64,000 nt of DNA from Octopus sinensis (lineage: Eukaryota). Below the pieces are notes generated by a model. The model was not told the DNA's origin, did not search any database, and saw only the letters and a list, made by a program, of their open reading frames with translations. The position numbers were made by a program, and so were the translations under genes. Positions within the stretch are counted from its first letter, which is position 1. Every line of letters begins with the position of its first letter. The stretch covers positions 372,001 through 436,000 of the forward strand of contig NC_043018.1 in the NCBI RefSeq assembly GCF_006345805.1, written 5' to 3'. Of the stretch, positions 53,331 to 64,000 are shown one piece after another.

Positions 53331-53490
53331 TGTGTGTGTGTGTGTGTGTGTGTATACACGATATACGACAGGGTTCGTCTAGCTTCCGTCCACCAAATCC
53401 TCACACAAGTCTATTAAGAAAACATCTTCCCAAGATGCCATGCAGGGGACTGAACCTAGGATCTTGTGATCGAGCAGCAAACTTCTTAAT
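53030..53490 (-). mobile_element. Diverged SINE family A
   Basis: cagtcatttgactacagccatgatggagcacc...cccaagatgccatgcag.ggactgaacc. Confidence 0.75.
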
Positions 53491-54542
53491 ACATTATATT
53501 GGCCCTGAAGGCCTTAAATAGAAAACGGAAGCTTCTTCCCACACATAGAGAAGCAAGCTCCTTACCACACACTCAACTTTGCCTTAAATACGGTTGCTGG
53601 ACATTCGAAAATAAGCTTTTGCTTCTGTGAAGAGGTAGTGACAATTCGTCTGGCCGATGTATAGTACTCACGGTCATTGAGAATACAAGACACCTCACAA
53701 TATCGACTAGACTTTGAGGTAGTTCCAAAGTAAAGTCCTACTAAAATTTATTTAAAGTACACGGCATCCTTGCATTCGTAGGTCAGCAATCTATTAAGGG
53801 ACATGAAAAGCTATCAATCGCTCCGATCTCGGACGATTTGCAAGGTTTGTGAGTAATACGACGTTATCCTAACACAAGCATAAATAAAATAAAATGAAGT
53901 AAAATATATCTGGCTTTAAATTCTGTCTGCGAAAACTAAATAAAATAAATACCTGACAAACTGCAATGAATGCCTACAGTAGATAAACACACAATGTTAT
54001 AAAAGCCGCCATAGAAAATAGACATTTAATATTCAGTTACTAGTAAGATTATCGTACATAATAGCCGATATCAAAATTTATTTATTCGCATTTTATAAAC
54101 TGTGAGAATATTTCGTTTAAAATATCGCTTGGTTTAGTAATTTGATTATAATTTCATTACGAAATCACTATTGGCACGTGAAAAAATTAACAGAGAAACA
54201 ATAACATCTAAAGCAACAACGACAATAATAACGACAACCACAAACTTATCATCGTTAATAATTCAATTTACCCCACTTACTTTTGTATCGTAGTTAATAG
54301 CATAGAATGACAAAAGCAAACACTTTTTAACATTAATTTTCATTCAGTGTACAGAGACGGGAATTTCAGTTAACTCTTTTAAACAACAATCCATAAATAA
54401 TTTTAGACTATGAAATTAAAGATAATCAGTTCGTACCGTTTTCAATGCCCCTTCCACCATGTGTGATACGCACACAGACACACACACATACATACACACA
54501 CACACACACATATACATACATATACATATATATATATATGTA

Positions 54543-54599
<57 letters not shown>

Positions 54600-55790
54600 G
54601 TGTGTGTGTGTGTGTATACACGATATACGACAGGGTTCGTCTAGCTTCCGTCCACCAAATCCTCACACAAGTCTATTAAGAAAACATCTTCCCAAGATGC
54701 CATGCAGTGGGACTGAACCTAGGATCTTGTGATCGAGCAGCAAACTTCTTAATACATTATATTGGCCCTGAAGGCCTTAAATAGAAAACGGAAGCTTCTT
54801 CCCACACATAGAGAAGCAAGCTCCTTACCACACAGTCAACTTTGCCTTAAATACGGTTGCTGGACATTCGAAAATAAGCTTTTGCTTCTGTGAAGAGGTA
54901 GTGACAATTCGTCTGGCCGATGTATAGTACTCACGGTCATTGAGAATACAAGACACCTCACAATATCGACTAGACTTTGAGGTAGTTCCAAAGTAAAGTC
55001 CTACTAAAATTTATTTAAAGTACACGGCATCCTTGCATTCGTAGGTCAGCAATCTATTAAGGGACATGAAAAGCTATCAATCGCTCCGATCTCGGACGAT
55101 TGCAAGGTTTGTGAGTAATACGACGTTATCCTAACACAAGCATAAATAAATAAAATGAAGTAAAATAAATCTGGCTTTAAATTCTGTCTGCGAAAACTAA
55201 ATAAAATAAATACCTGACAAACTGCAATGAATGCCTACAGTAGATAAACACACAATGTTATAAAAGCCGCCATAGAAAATAGACATTTAATATTCAGTTA
55301 CTAGTAAGATTATCGTACATAATAGCCGATATCAAAATTTATTTATCCGCATTTTATAAACTGTGAGAATATTTCGTTTAAAATATCGCTTGGTTTAGTA
55401 ATTTGATTATAATTTCATTACGAAATCACTATTGGCACGTGAAAAAATTAACAGAGAAACAATAACATCTAAAGCAACAACGACAATAATAACGACAACC
55501 ACAAACTTATCATCGTTAATAATTCAATTTACCCCACTTACTTTTGTATCGTAGTTAATAGCATAGAATGACAAAAGCAAACACTTTTTAACATTAATTT
55601 TCATTCAGTGTACAGAGACGGGAATTTCAGTTAACTCTTTTAAACAACAATCCATAAATAATTTTAGACTATGAAATTAAAGATAATCAGTTCGTACCGT
55701 TTTCAATGCCCACTTCCACCATGTGTGATACGCACACAGACACACACACATACATACACACACACACACACATATATACATACATATACA
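53320..55790. repeat. Tandem duplication, period ~1.26 kb
   Basis: 53353-54500 is almost identical to 54615-55760. Junctions fall in (CA)n(TA)n(TG)n. Confidence 0.9.
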
Positions 55791-56064
55791 TATATATATA
55801 TATGTATATATATTTATATATATATATATGTATATATATATATACAAATGTACATAATATATATACATACGTACATACATATATTTATACACATACATAT
55901 ATATACATACATACATACATATATTTATACACATACCTATATATACATACATACATATATATATTATATGCATACATATATATGTTCATATATATATATA
56001 TACGTACATATATATATATATTTATTATATGTATACATATATATATACATACAGATATATATAC

Positions 56065-56128
<64 letters not shown>

Positions 56129-56229
56129 CATACACATATTACTATACATACAATATAATTACATACACACACATTTATATATATACATATAATACAAACA
56201 TGCATACATATACATACAAACATATATAA

Positions 56230-56271
<42 letters not shown>

Positions 56272-56469
56272 ATGCGTCCATACATACGTATATATACATT
56301 CATTGTCGTTCACGAAGTACTGTCTCCCTCTTTCAGTCTAAATCATTCCTTATCGATGTCTGTATCTTCCTTTTATATGTACATATATGCAAATGAGTGC
56401 GCGCGCTAAATGTGTATGTGCGTGTACGCATGTGTAGAGATATACACAAATGGAAATATACACATATTC

Positions 56470-56694
56470 TTTTATTCATTTACTTACTTCAGCCATTTGA
56501 CTTCGGCCATGCTGGAGCACCGCTTTAAGGGTTTTTACTCGAAGAAATCGACCCCAGGTCTTATTCTTTGTAAGCCAAATACTTATCCTATCGGTCTGTT
56601 TTGGGAAACCCTAAGTTACGGAATACAAACACACTATATCGGTTGTCAACTGATGATGCGAGGAACAGTCACAGAATCACACACAAAATTAATT

Positions 56695-56741
<47 letters not shown>

Positions 56742-57200
56742 ATATATGCTAGCAGTATCGCCCGGCGTTGCTCGGGTTTGTAAGGGAAATAACTATATAA
56801 GCATTTTTAGAGAGTTACTTCCCTTATATGTTAGCAAAAAAATGCATTAAAAATGGGGGAAAATGAAGGTAATTTTTTTTTAATCGTAGACTCATCGTAG
56901 ACGCGCGCTAATACCCAGAAGGGCTCGATATGAATCACGACTATAAGATACCCGCTTTGGGTTAATCTGCACCGCAAAATGTGGGAGTAGTTAGGAATCT
57001 AAATCGTAGGAGACAGACACTCACACAACTTCACTTTTATATATAAAGATATATATATATATATATCGGGATTCTTTCCGTTTTCCTCTACCAAATGCAC
57101 TCAGAAAGTTGTAGTAGGCACGAGGCTATAATAAAAGACACTTGCCTATCGTGCTACGTAGCATAACTGTGTTCGGAACCATGCGATGGGAAGCAAGCTT
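56470..57200 (-). mobile_element. Diverged SINE family A split by a Helitron
   Basis: Tail at 56470-56690 and head at 57065-57200. Confidence 0.7.
56749..57049 (-). mobile_element. Non-autonomous Helitron, short form
   Basis: TC...hairpin-CTAG termini, inserted in (TA)n. Confidence 0.85.
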
Positions 57201-57283
57201 CATTTTTACATAAAAATTTGCTATACAAGCATTACAAAGAGGGGACAAACAAGGACAAATAAACGTAAAATTGTGAAGAAGCT

Positions 57284-57569
57284 ATTGCTGTATTTAGGTA
57301 TGGTCATTTTGCCAGTTTAGCCAATAAAAACACACGCACTATATATTTTGTGTTACTTTGCTTCAGCGTTATTTATTTTTTACATTAATCTTAATCTAAT
57401 TTCGGCCAGAGTTCTTTCGTCACACTCCTGTGACCTCATCAGTGGTCCTTTGCTTTCTTCTTTCTTATTTGTGCGTCTTTCCTTACTAACGGTCAGCCAT
57501 TTTGCATTTTGTATGTGTCTTTATTTGCGCATGCGCATTCCTCTATATGTGTCTATGTTTAGTTAGCTA
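57284..57569 (-). mobile_element. ~290-bp hammerhead-bearing element G with 12-bp flanking duplication
   Basis: tgtgaagaagct at 57272-57283 and 57570-57581. Confidence 0.7.
57404..57448 (-). ncRNA. Minimal hammerhead ribozyme (family G)
   Basis: GGACCA-CUGAUGA-g-GUCACA-ggag-UGUGAC-GAA-AG-aa-CU-C-UGGCC, CUC site. Confidence 0.75.
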
Positions 57570-59349
57570 TGTGAAGAAGCTGCTACAATTTAAAATTTCT
57601 TTTTTCATGAATGATAGGTTACGATTAACAATTACGATTCAAATTACACTAAACATTTAAAAGTTCGATGATATCACATTGCCATATGCAATGCATCTCC
57701 TGAAAGGAAGGCACACGACCACCGGGGTAGAACCTTTGCTTTTTTCTGGGGCTCCACTTACTTGGTGCCAATCGCTCCCAGCTGTTTTGCCACAAGCTTC
57801 CATCTTTTCTCTAATCATTCTCGTGACAGGTACCTCTTCTCCAGCTTGATCTTACTACTGAGGTGGTTACTAAAAAAGTTAACCAACCCCTGGCCAGATG
57901 CTATTCCTTTCACACGCGTCTTTCATACTGCTTCTTTCCGTATAGCTACCACGCAGAAAAAGCAAGCCTTCTTCACCCTGTTGAGGGAAGAGGCGGCACT
58001 GTATCGATGATAGACTCTGCTGATAGCTGTATTCTTTGCATCGATGACAACAGTTGTTCTGCGGAAGCTATCAGTCCCATCAATCCCGGACACACCAGAA
58101 ATGGGTGCAAGACGGTTTCCCTGTGCAGCCCGCACCTCGGACAAGTCGGCGAGACGGCACTGCGGTGCCTGGACAGCTTATCGCAAACAGGTAACGCCAC
58201 ACGGAAGCACTCCCAAACTAGGGATTTCTGGTAATTATCCAGATATCCCGGCACGAAAGCTCTCCCGAGCAGTTTGATCAACTGATTTTCATCGTAGCCC
58301 AGGTTCTCCCACAAGGCGTCTTCGGACATAATCTCCACTAACTCGCGCAGTAAGAAAATGACTCTCCCTAGACACAACATAATATGCTTCAACACACGAA
58401 CTCCCATAAAGAAGCTTGTAAACCAAATCCAAAAACGAAATATATACATAACTTAGTGGTCCTCCAAAGGTGATCGATAAAATAAGTACCAGGCTTTAAG
58501 AATTAAAGTACATGCGTCTTATATTCGTCTATAAATTCTGCTAGGTGGTGTTCCAGCACTTTCGCAGTCTAATAACTAAAACGAGGAAAAGCATGCAAAA
58601 ATTTAAAAAAAGATATATATGTCAACTATTTGCAAAATAACACGTATTGTATTCAAATAATCACTTAAATGTCATGCAAGATACATTGGCAGCAGTATAA
58701 TACCAGGAGCGAAGTGTTTTAAAACAATATATGTAGGAAGGAGACAAGAATTTTATATTTAATGATTTTGAAATATTTTCTCTCATTAAAATTGCTCGCA
58801 TTGTCTCTAAATCATAAACAGTTATTATTATGACGTCTTCCACATTTTTTTAAAGAAAACAAATTTACCGAAATTGAAAAAGCAACAAACAAACAAATAC
58901 AAAGATTATAGATTCTCTGTAGAAATTTAGCATTAATTTGTGACAATAACTTTAGCTGTAATATCACTTGATACATCCGTCTTAAATGTCTCTATTTGCC
59001 TGCGGGAAAGATGTTACAAAATCTCTTGTGCGCGCTTGAATTTAAAGTCTTATTTCATGAAAATGGAGACTTTGAAGCTTACCATAAGCATCTTAAATGA
59101 TATTATCAATTTATCTCCGTTTTTCAAGGACTTCTTTTTCGTATGAAAAGTGAAATGGAAATTAGATTATGAGGATTATTTTGAAAGGTTTCTCGTTTTT
59201 TGAATCAACACCTTTCTAACAAAGAGAATTATAGGAAAAATGGACAGCATTAAGCAGTGTTCAACATGTGTGTTCCATTATTAAAACCCATGTAACTGAC
59301 CAGTTATTGTTATATTGACCATCTCAGGACATATTTGAATTTTTGCGCA

Positions 59350-60050
59350 ATTCTTCTTCGTTTTATTTGATTTAGCATGGAGTGGACAACCTGCTTAAGT
59401 AGGTGGTTAGATTTCATCTGGATATCGTCACATGCTCTTCTCAGTTGTTTCTGGATGATAATAGCTTCACTGGAAGTCTTGTTGGCTTCTTCCAACTCAC
59501 TGATTTTTTTCTTCTTTCTTCCCAACCTATGTTGAGAATATTTCGAGAAGGCAGCATTGGTGGTACCTTTCGAGAGCTTTTAACGAGTCCAGGTCTTGGA
59601 TAAAGGCGTCGGCACGACTAGTCGTTTTACTGTCGGATCAAATGTCTCGATTTTGGAACACTCTCGTTCTGTGAGAGCCAAAGGCAGCACCAACACTTTT
59701 GCGACGTTGATGGATTTTGCCATCGATGTGAACTTTGGAAGAAACACAACTTGCCAGATACGGAATATGATACTTCGAGTATCAATATGCTGACGACGAA
59801 ACAGTATTGCGATACTATCAAAAGCAAATTTGCAAGAGATCCTCAATCCCTTCATCGAGGCTACATAAAAATAGGACAGACTATCAATTGCAAGAGACAC
59901 ACGTCATCTTCCCAGCATCACCAATTGAGACAAACAGTGCGCAACCAGGCTTTGTAATCGTTGGTGAAGTTTTAGAACACGTAAAACGAATGATACTACA
60001 GTGTCAAAACTTACATTCGGACCGCCTCCATACCATCGAAGGTAGATTCT
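59350..60050 (-). mobile_element. Highly degraded APE-LINE (RTE-like) endonuclease region
   Basis: Broken motifs LVMLG, EGIEDLLQIC and FFQ..HRWQNP, with raised GC. Confidence 0.35.
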
Positions 60051-60214
60051 TTTAAATCTGAGTAAACTAGATCAACGGCAGATGAAGTGATTTTTCTCAT
60101 GAACGAAAACTATCGCTGGGTTTGGGAATCGAAACCACGTTCTTGATATCACGATTGGAACAACTTCAACAAGCGTCTTCACAATAAACACCCCATAGGA
60201 ATAAAAATATTTTC

Positions 60215-60447
60215 TATTTCTTTACTACCCACAAGGGGCTAAACACAGAGGGGATAAACAAGTACAGACAAATGGATTAAGTCGATTATATCGACCCCAG
60301 TGCGTAACTGGTACTTAATTTATCGACCCCGAAATGATGAAAGGCAAAGTCGACCTCGGCGGAATTTGAATTCAGAACATAACGGCAGATGAAATACAGC
60401 TACGCATTTCTCCCGGCGTGCTAAAGTTTCTGCCAGCTCGCCGCCTT
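60215..60447 (-). mobile_element. SINE family B with perfect 20-bp TSD
   Basis: ataggaataaaaatattttc at 60195-60214 and 60448-60467. Confidence 0.92.
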
Positions 60448-60919
60448 ATAGGAATAAAAATATTTTCCTGCGTAGTGTAATAAAAGATAATAGTATATTC
60501 ACGAATATTTCATGCAGTATCGTAAAGTGTTATATGATCGGGATTTGGCACTTGTTCCTTCTAAGCAAAGCAATCACACAGAAGCTTCCAAGTTGTCTCG
60601 TTAATTGGTTGGGTTTTTGGACCTGAATCTATTATCAGCCCAACGTACTGTCTTTACGAATCCTACAAACAATTTGAATATTTAGCAAATGAACCGGACC
60701 GGATGTTATTCCTGTTTTTGCAGCTTTGACCTGTTGTTGTATTGACCCATTCCTTTAATATAAACATCAATATCAGTATCAGTATGCTGGCTTTTGTTTA
60801 GAGAGAAATAAAATTAAGTAATTGAAGCCACTGATGCATTCGTCATCTTCCCTTACATGCAATTGAAGTCTCATATAGTTTTCAAACTTAAGCATAAAAC
60901 CATCAGTTTCAATGGAGGT

Positions 60920-61540
60920 AGTAAGTCGAATATATCGATCTCCAGTGCTCAGACGGTACTTATTTCATCAACCCACTAAATGATGAAAGGATCTACTCAG
61001 AAAGGATGAAAGGCAAAGTCAACCTCAGAGCGGAATTTGAAATGCCACCAAGCATTCTGCCAGCACCCCGCCTTACTCTGCTTTAAACGAAATTATTAAA
61101 AATTGACTGAAGCGTTCAAACTTTAAATGGTAAGTCTATTATTGTTCGATATGTGTTCGATAAATGATGAAAGGCAAATTCGGCATCTATGGAATATGAA
61201 ATCAGGACGTGAAACAGTTGAAGGTTAACTTAAAAGCGTTAAACGCTGCAACGACGGAGCCCCTTACTAGTCGGCAAATCTATTAGAAACTGAAAGTAAG
61301 TTAAGTAGCACAAATGTACACAACAATATCTTACCTTCGATAGGGCGGTTAGAAAGATGAATCCTTAGCACACCAGGCAAAATGCCCAGCGTTGTTTCAT
61401 CTGTCTTTACGTTTTGGATTCAAATTCCGCCGAGATCGGATTTGATATCCATCCTTTCGGTATTGCTCAATTGGGTTGATTTCATCGACAAACCGCCTAA
61501 CCCAAACATGTTTGACCTTATGCCAAAATTTGAAATAGTT
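60920..61540. mobile_element. Cluster of degenerate SINE family B fragments, both strands
   Basis: gatgaaaggcaaagtc at ~61005 and ~61166, ttcaaattccgccgag at ~61419. Confidence 0.55.
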
Positions 61541-61562
61541 ATCTAAGATTAAATAATGTATA

Positions 61563-61963
61563 CTAGCAGTATCGCCCGGCGTTGCTCGGGTTTGTAAGGG
61601 AAATAACTATATAAGCATTTTTAGAGAGTTATAGCCAAAAAATAGCAAAAAAAAATGCATTAAAAATGGAAAAGAAATTATGGTAAAGTTTTTTTAAAAA
61701 TCGTTGACTCATCGTAGACATTTTTAGAGAGTTTCTTCCCGTATATAATAGCGAATAAAATGCATTAAAATGGAAAAAAAATGATGGTAATTTTTTTAAA
61801 ATCGTAGACTCATCGTAGACGCGCGCTAATACCCAGAAGGGCTCGATATAAATGACGACTATAAGATACCCGGTTTTGGTTAAACTGCACCGTAAAATGT
61901 GGGAGTAGTTAGGAATCTAAATCGTAGGAGACAGACACACAACTTGACTTTTATATATAAAGA
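61563..61963 (-). mobile_element. Non-autonomous Helitron, complete
   Basis: A|TC...CTAG|T, with the same internal duplication as the 8094 copy. Confidence 0.85.
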
Positions 61964-62458
61964 TATGTAAATAATACCGGATGCTGAGAGACGCAATGCT
62001 TTTAATCTAGTTTTATCCATATATAACAGTAGGAACGAGAACAATAAAAGCACCACCAGCACGATAACAATAGAAACCGTTTAATTATTTGAATTAAGCC
62101 GAGTGTTACACATATTTTGGACGTAGGTTGTCATTACGCATCTTTGTTAATTTCCAGTTGTTAACACAACGATGAAACGAGGGAGAGAAGCCATGGAACA
62201 AATGGTTTAATCTCAATCGAACGAAGTAGATTCGGTATAAGATAATTTGACAATAATATCTAAGAAGTTTATTCGAAGGTTTTAAGACTCTCAAAATCTT
62301 CATAACATTTCGCAAATTAAAGCCTGCAGCGGAAATGATTTAGAGAAGCATTTCCTCCTCATATATATTTAGGAGAGATACTACAACTTCTATAACATTT
62401 TAACACACTTTTTTCTTTCGTAAGAAATGATAGCAAAATTAATATATAATATATAAGT

Positions 62459-62543
<85 letters not shown>

Positions 62544-62605
62544 ATAATCATCATAAGTCAGAGTGTGCTTCTCTTTAGGGTTTAGGTTTTACTGACATTA
62601 TATAT

Positions 62606-62643
<38 letters not shown>

Positions 62644-62800
62644 TTACTCTCACGGGCTATCTTTTACTTGAAAGCAATACTCTCGTATTGCAATAATTTT
62701 TCATTGAAACTTCATCACTGTTCTCGTTCTGTTAACGTTTTGGCGTTCAGACGAGTGTACTGGCATAGATGTGGCAACCTTTGAAATATTGTCGAGCTAT

Positions 62801-62872
62801 ATGCAGCTGATGAATAAAAATCAAATATACGTTGGTAAACGTATTTTGAAGAATCTGAAACCCGTACCGCAT
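62801..62872 (+). ncRNA. Hammerhead ribozyme with long stem II (family H, copy 1)
   Basis: ATGCAG-CTGATGA-...tcaaatatacgt/acgtattttga...tct-GAA-ACCCGT-A-CCGCAT. Confidence 0.7.
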
Positions 62873-63229
62873 TATCCGTTTCTAGGTTTTTCATTTTTCA
62901 GATGTTCTTCCTAGGGGTAAGACAATTATGTTCATGTTTGTTGCACACACGCATCTTTACTAGTACATACGCAGAGAAGCTATACATTAGCGTCGTATTT
63001 ATTACGTTCGCTATTTTCCAGTGAACATCTGTACTTCGTTGTACCATTTATTTACTTTTATATGTATGATTTTACATTCACGGGCTATCCTTTACTGGAA
63101 AGCAATACTCTCGTATTGCGTTACTATTTTCATTGAAACTTCTTCACTGTTCTCGTTCTGTTAACGTTTTGGCGTTCAGACGAGTGTACTGGCATAGATG
63201 TGGCAACCTTTGAAATATTGTCGAGGTAT

Positions 63230-63301
63230 ATGCAGCTGATGAAGAAAAATCAAATATACGTTGGCAAACATATTTTGAAGAATCTGAAACCGGTACTCCA
63301 T
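63230..63301 (+). ncRNA. Hammerhead ribozyme (family H, copy 2)
   Basis: ATGCAG-CTGATGA-AGA...TCT-GAA-ACCGGT-A-CTCCAT. Palindromic stem III. Confidence 0.7.
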
Positions 63302-63541
63302 TATCCGTTTCTAGGTTTTTCATTTTTCAGATGTTCTTCCTAGAGGTAAGAGAATTTTTTTCATGTTTGTTGCACACACGCATCTTTACTAGTACATACG
63401 CGGTGAAGCTATATATTAGCGTCGTATTTATTACGTTCGCTATTTTCCAGTAAATATCGGTACTTCGTTGTGCCATTTATTTACTTTTATATGTATATTC
63501 ATATATATATATATACTTATATTCATATATATATACTTATA

Positions 63542-63687
63542 TGGCGTTAGGAAGGGCATCCAGCCGTAGAAACACTGCCAGATCTGACTGGGCCTGATGA
63601 AGCCTTCCAGCTTCACAGACCCCAGTTGAACCGTCCAACCCATGCTAGCATGGAGAACGGACGCTAAATGATGATGATGATGATGAT
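63542..63687 (+). mobile_element. SINE/LINE 3' fragment with (GAT)n tail
   Basis: tggcgttaggaagggcatccagccgtagaaa...ccgtccaacccatgctagcatggagaacggacg(atg)n, with a terminal stem-loop. Confidence 0.6.
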
Positions 63688-63730
63688 ATATATATATACA
63701 TACATATATATATATATAGACATTCATACT

Positions 63731-63789
<59 letters not shown>

Positions 63790-64000
63790 CATAAACATAT
63801 GTACATATTTATATAAATACATGTATACATTCATAAATATATGGACAAGAATATCTATGTGAATATGTATATGTGTGTGAAAGATTGTGTACTTATATTC
63901 GAATATACATATACAATTACGTATTCATAATGTTAGAGAATAACAGTTGTAAAATGAGAAGTAATATGTGATATTCTAGGGAACCCATGGTAGTATAATA

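Larger units (their letters stand above)
57230..58345 (-). mobile_element. 5'-truncated L1/Tx1-like LINE (C-terminal zinc knuckle and 3' UTR), interrupted by element G
   Basis: W...ALPVCDKL...CPRCGLHRETVLHPFLVCP (C-x2-C-x7-H-x4-C, zf-RVT-like) in ORF 57973-58449. 3' extent is approximate. Confidence 0.7.
62641..63500 (+). mobile_element. Tandem dimer of a 429-bp hammerhead-bearing unit (retrozyme/pLTR-like element H) between (TA)n tracts
   Basis: Two highly similar head-to-tail units with one hammerhead each. Confidence 0.8.

Noticed and set aside
63594-63625. ctgatgaagcc motif in the SINE tail
   Set aside because: No downstream GAAA or stems.

Overview
Repeat-dominated, AT-rich animal genomic DNA. 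The SINE/LINE families and dense (TA)n/(CA)n/(AAT)n microsatellites suggest an octopod cephalopod, but this is inference. No host protein-coding exon could be supported, and nearly all listed ORFs are microsatellite or SINE read-through. The window holds: one near full-length CR1-group LINE (~35.8-41.5 kb) whose single N-terminal ORF fuses a Myb/SANT-like domain and a CCCH zinc finger to the APE endonuclease; remnants of RLE (R4/Dong-like), L1/Tx1-like and RTE-like LINEs; a degenerate mariner and a MITE; five copies of a non-autonomous Helitron; three tRNA-derived SINE families; a diverged 5S rRNA copy; a 1.26-kb tandem duplication; and a 100-N gap. The most striking signal is a set of at least seven sequence-unrelated short non-coding elements, each carrying a minimal type-I hammerhead ribozyme. 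Most have a palindromic stem III, and the cores include covariant U3-A8 and probably G3-C8 forms. They occur as tandem monomers of ~370 and ~430 nt or as fold-back pairs whose outer ends abut (TA)n tracts, consistent with Penelope-like pLTR or retrozyme-type elements.
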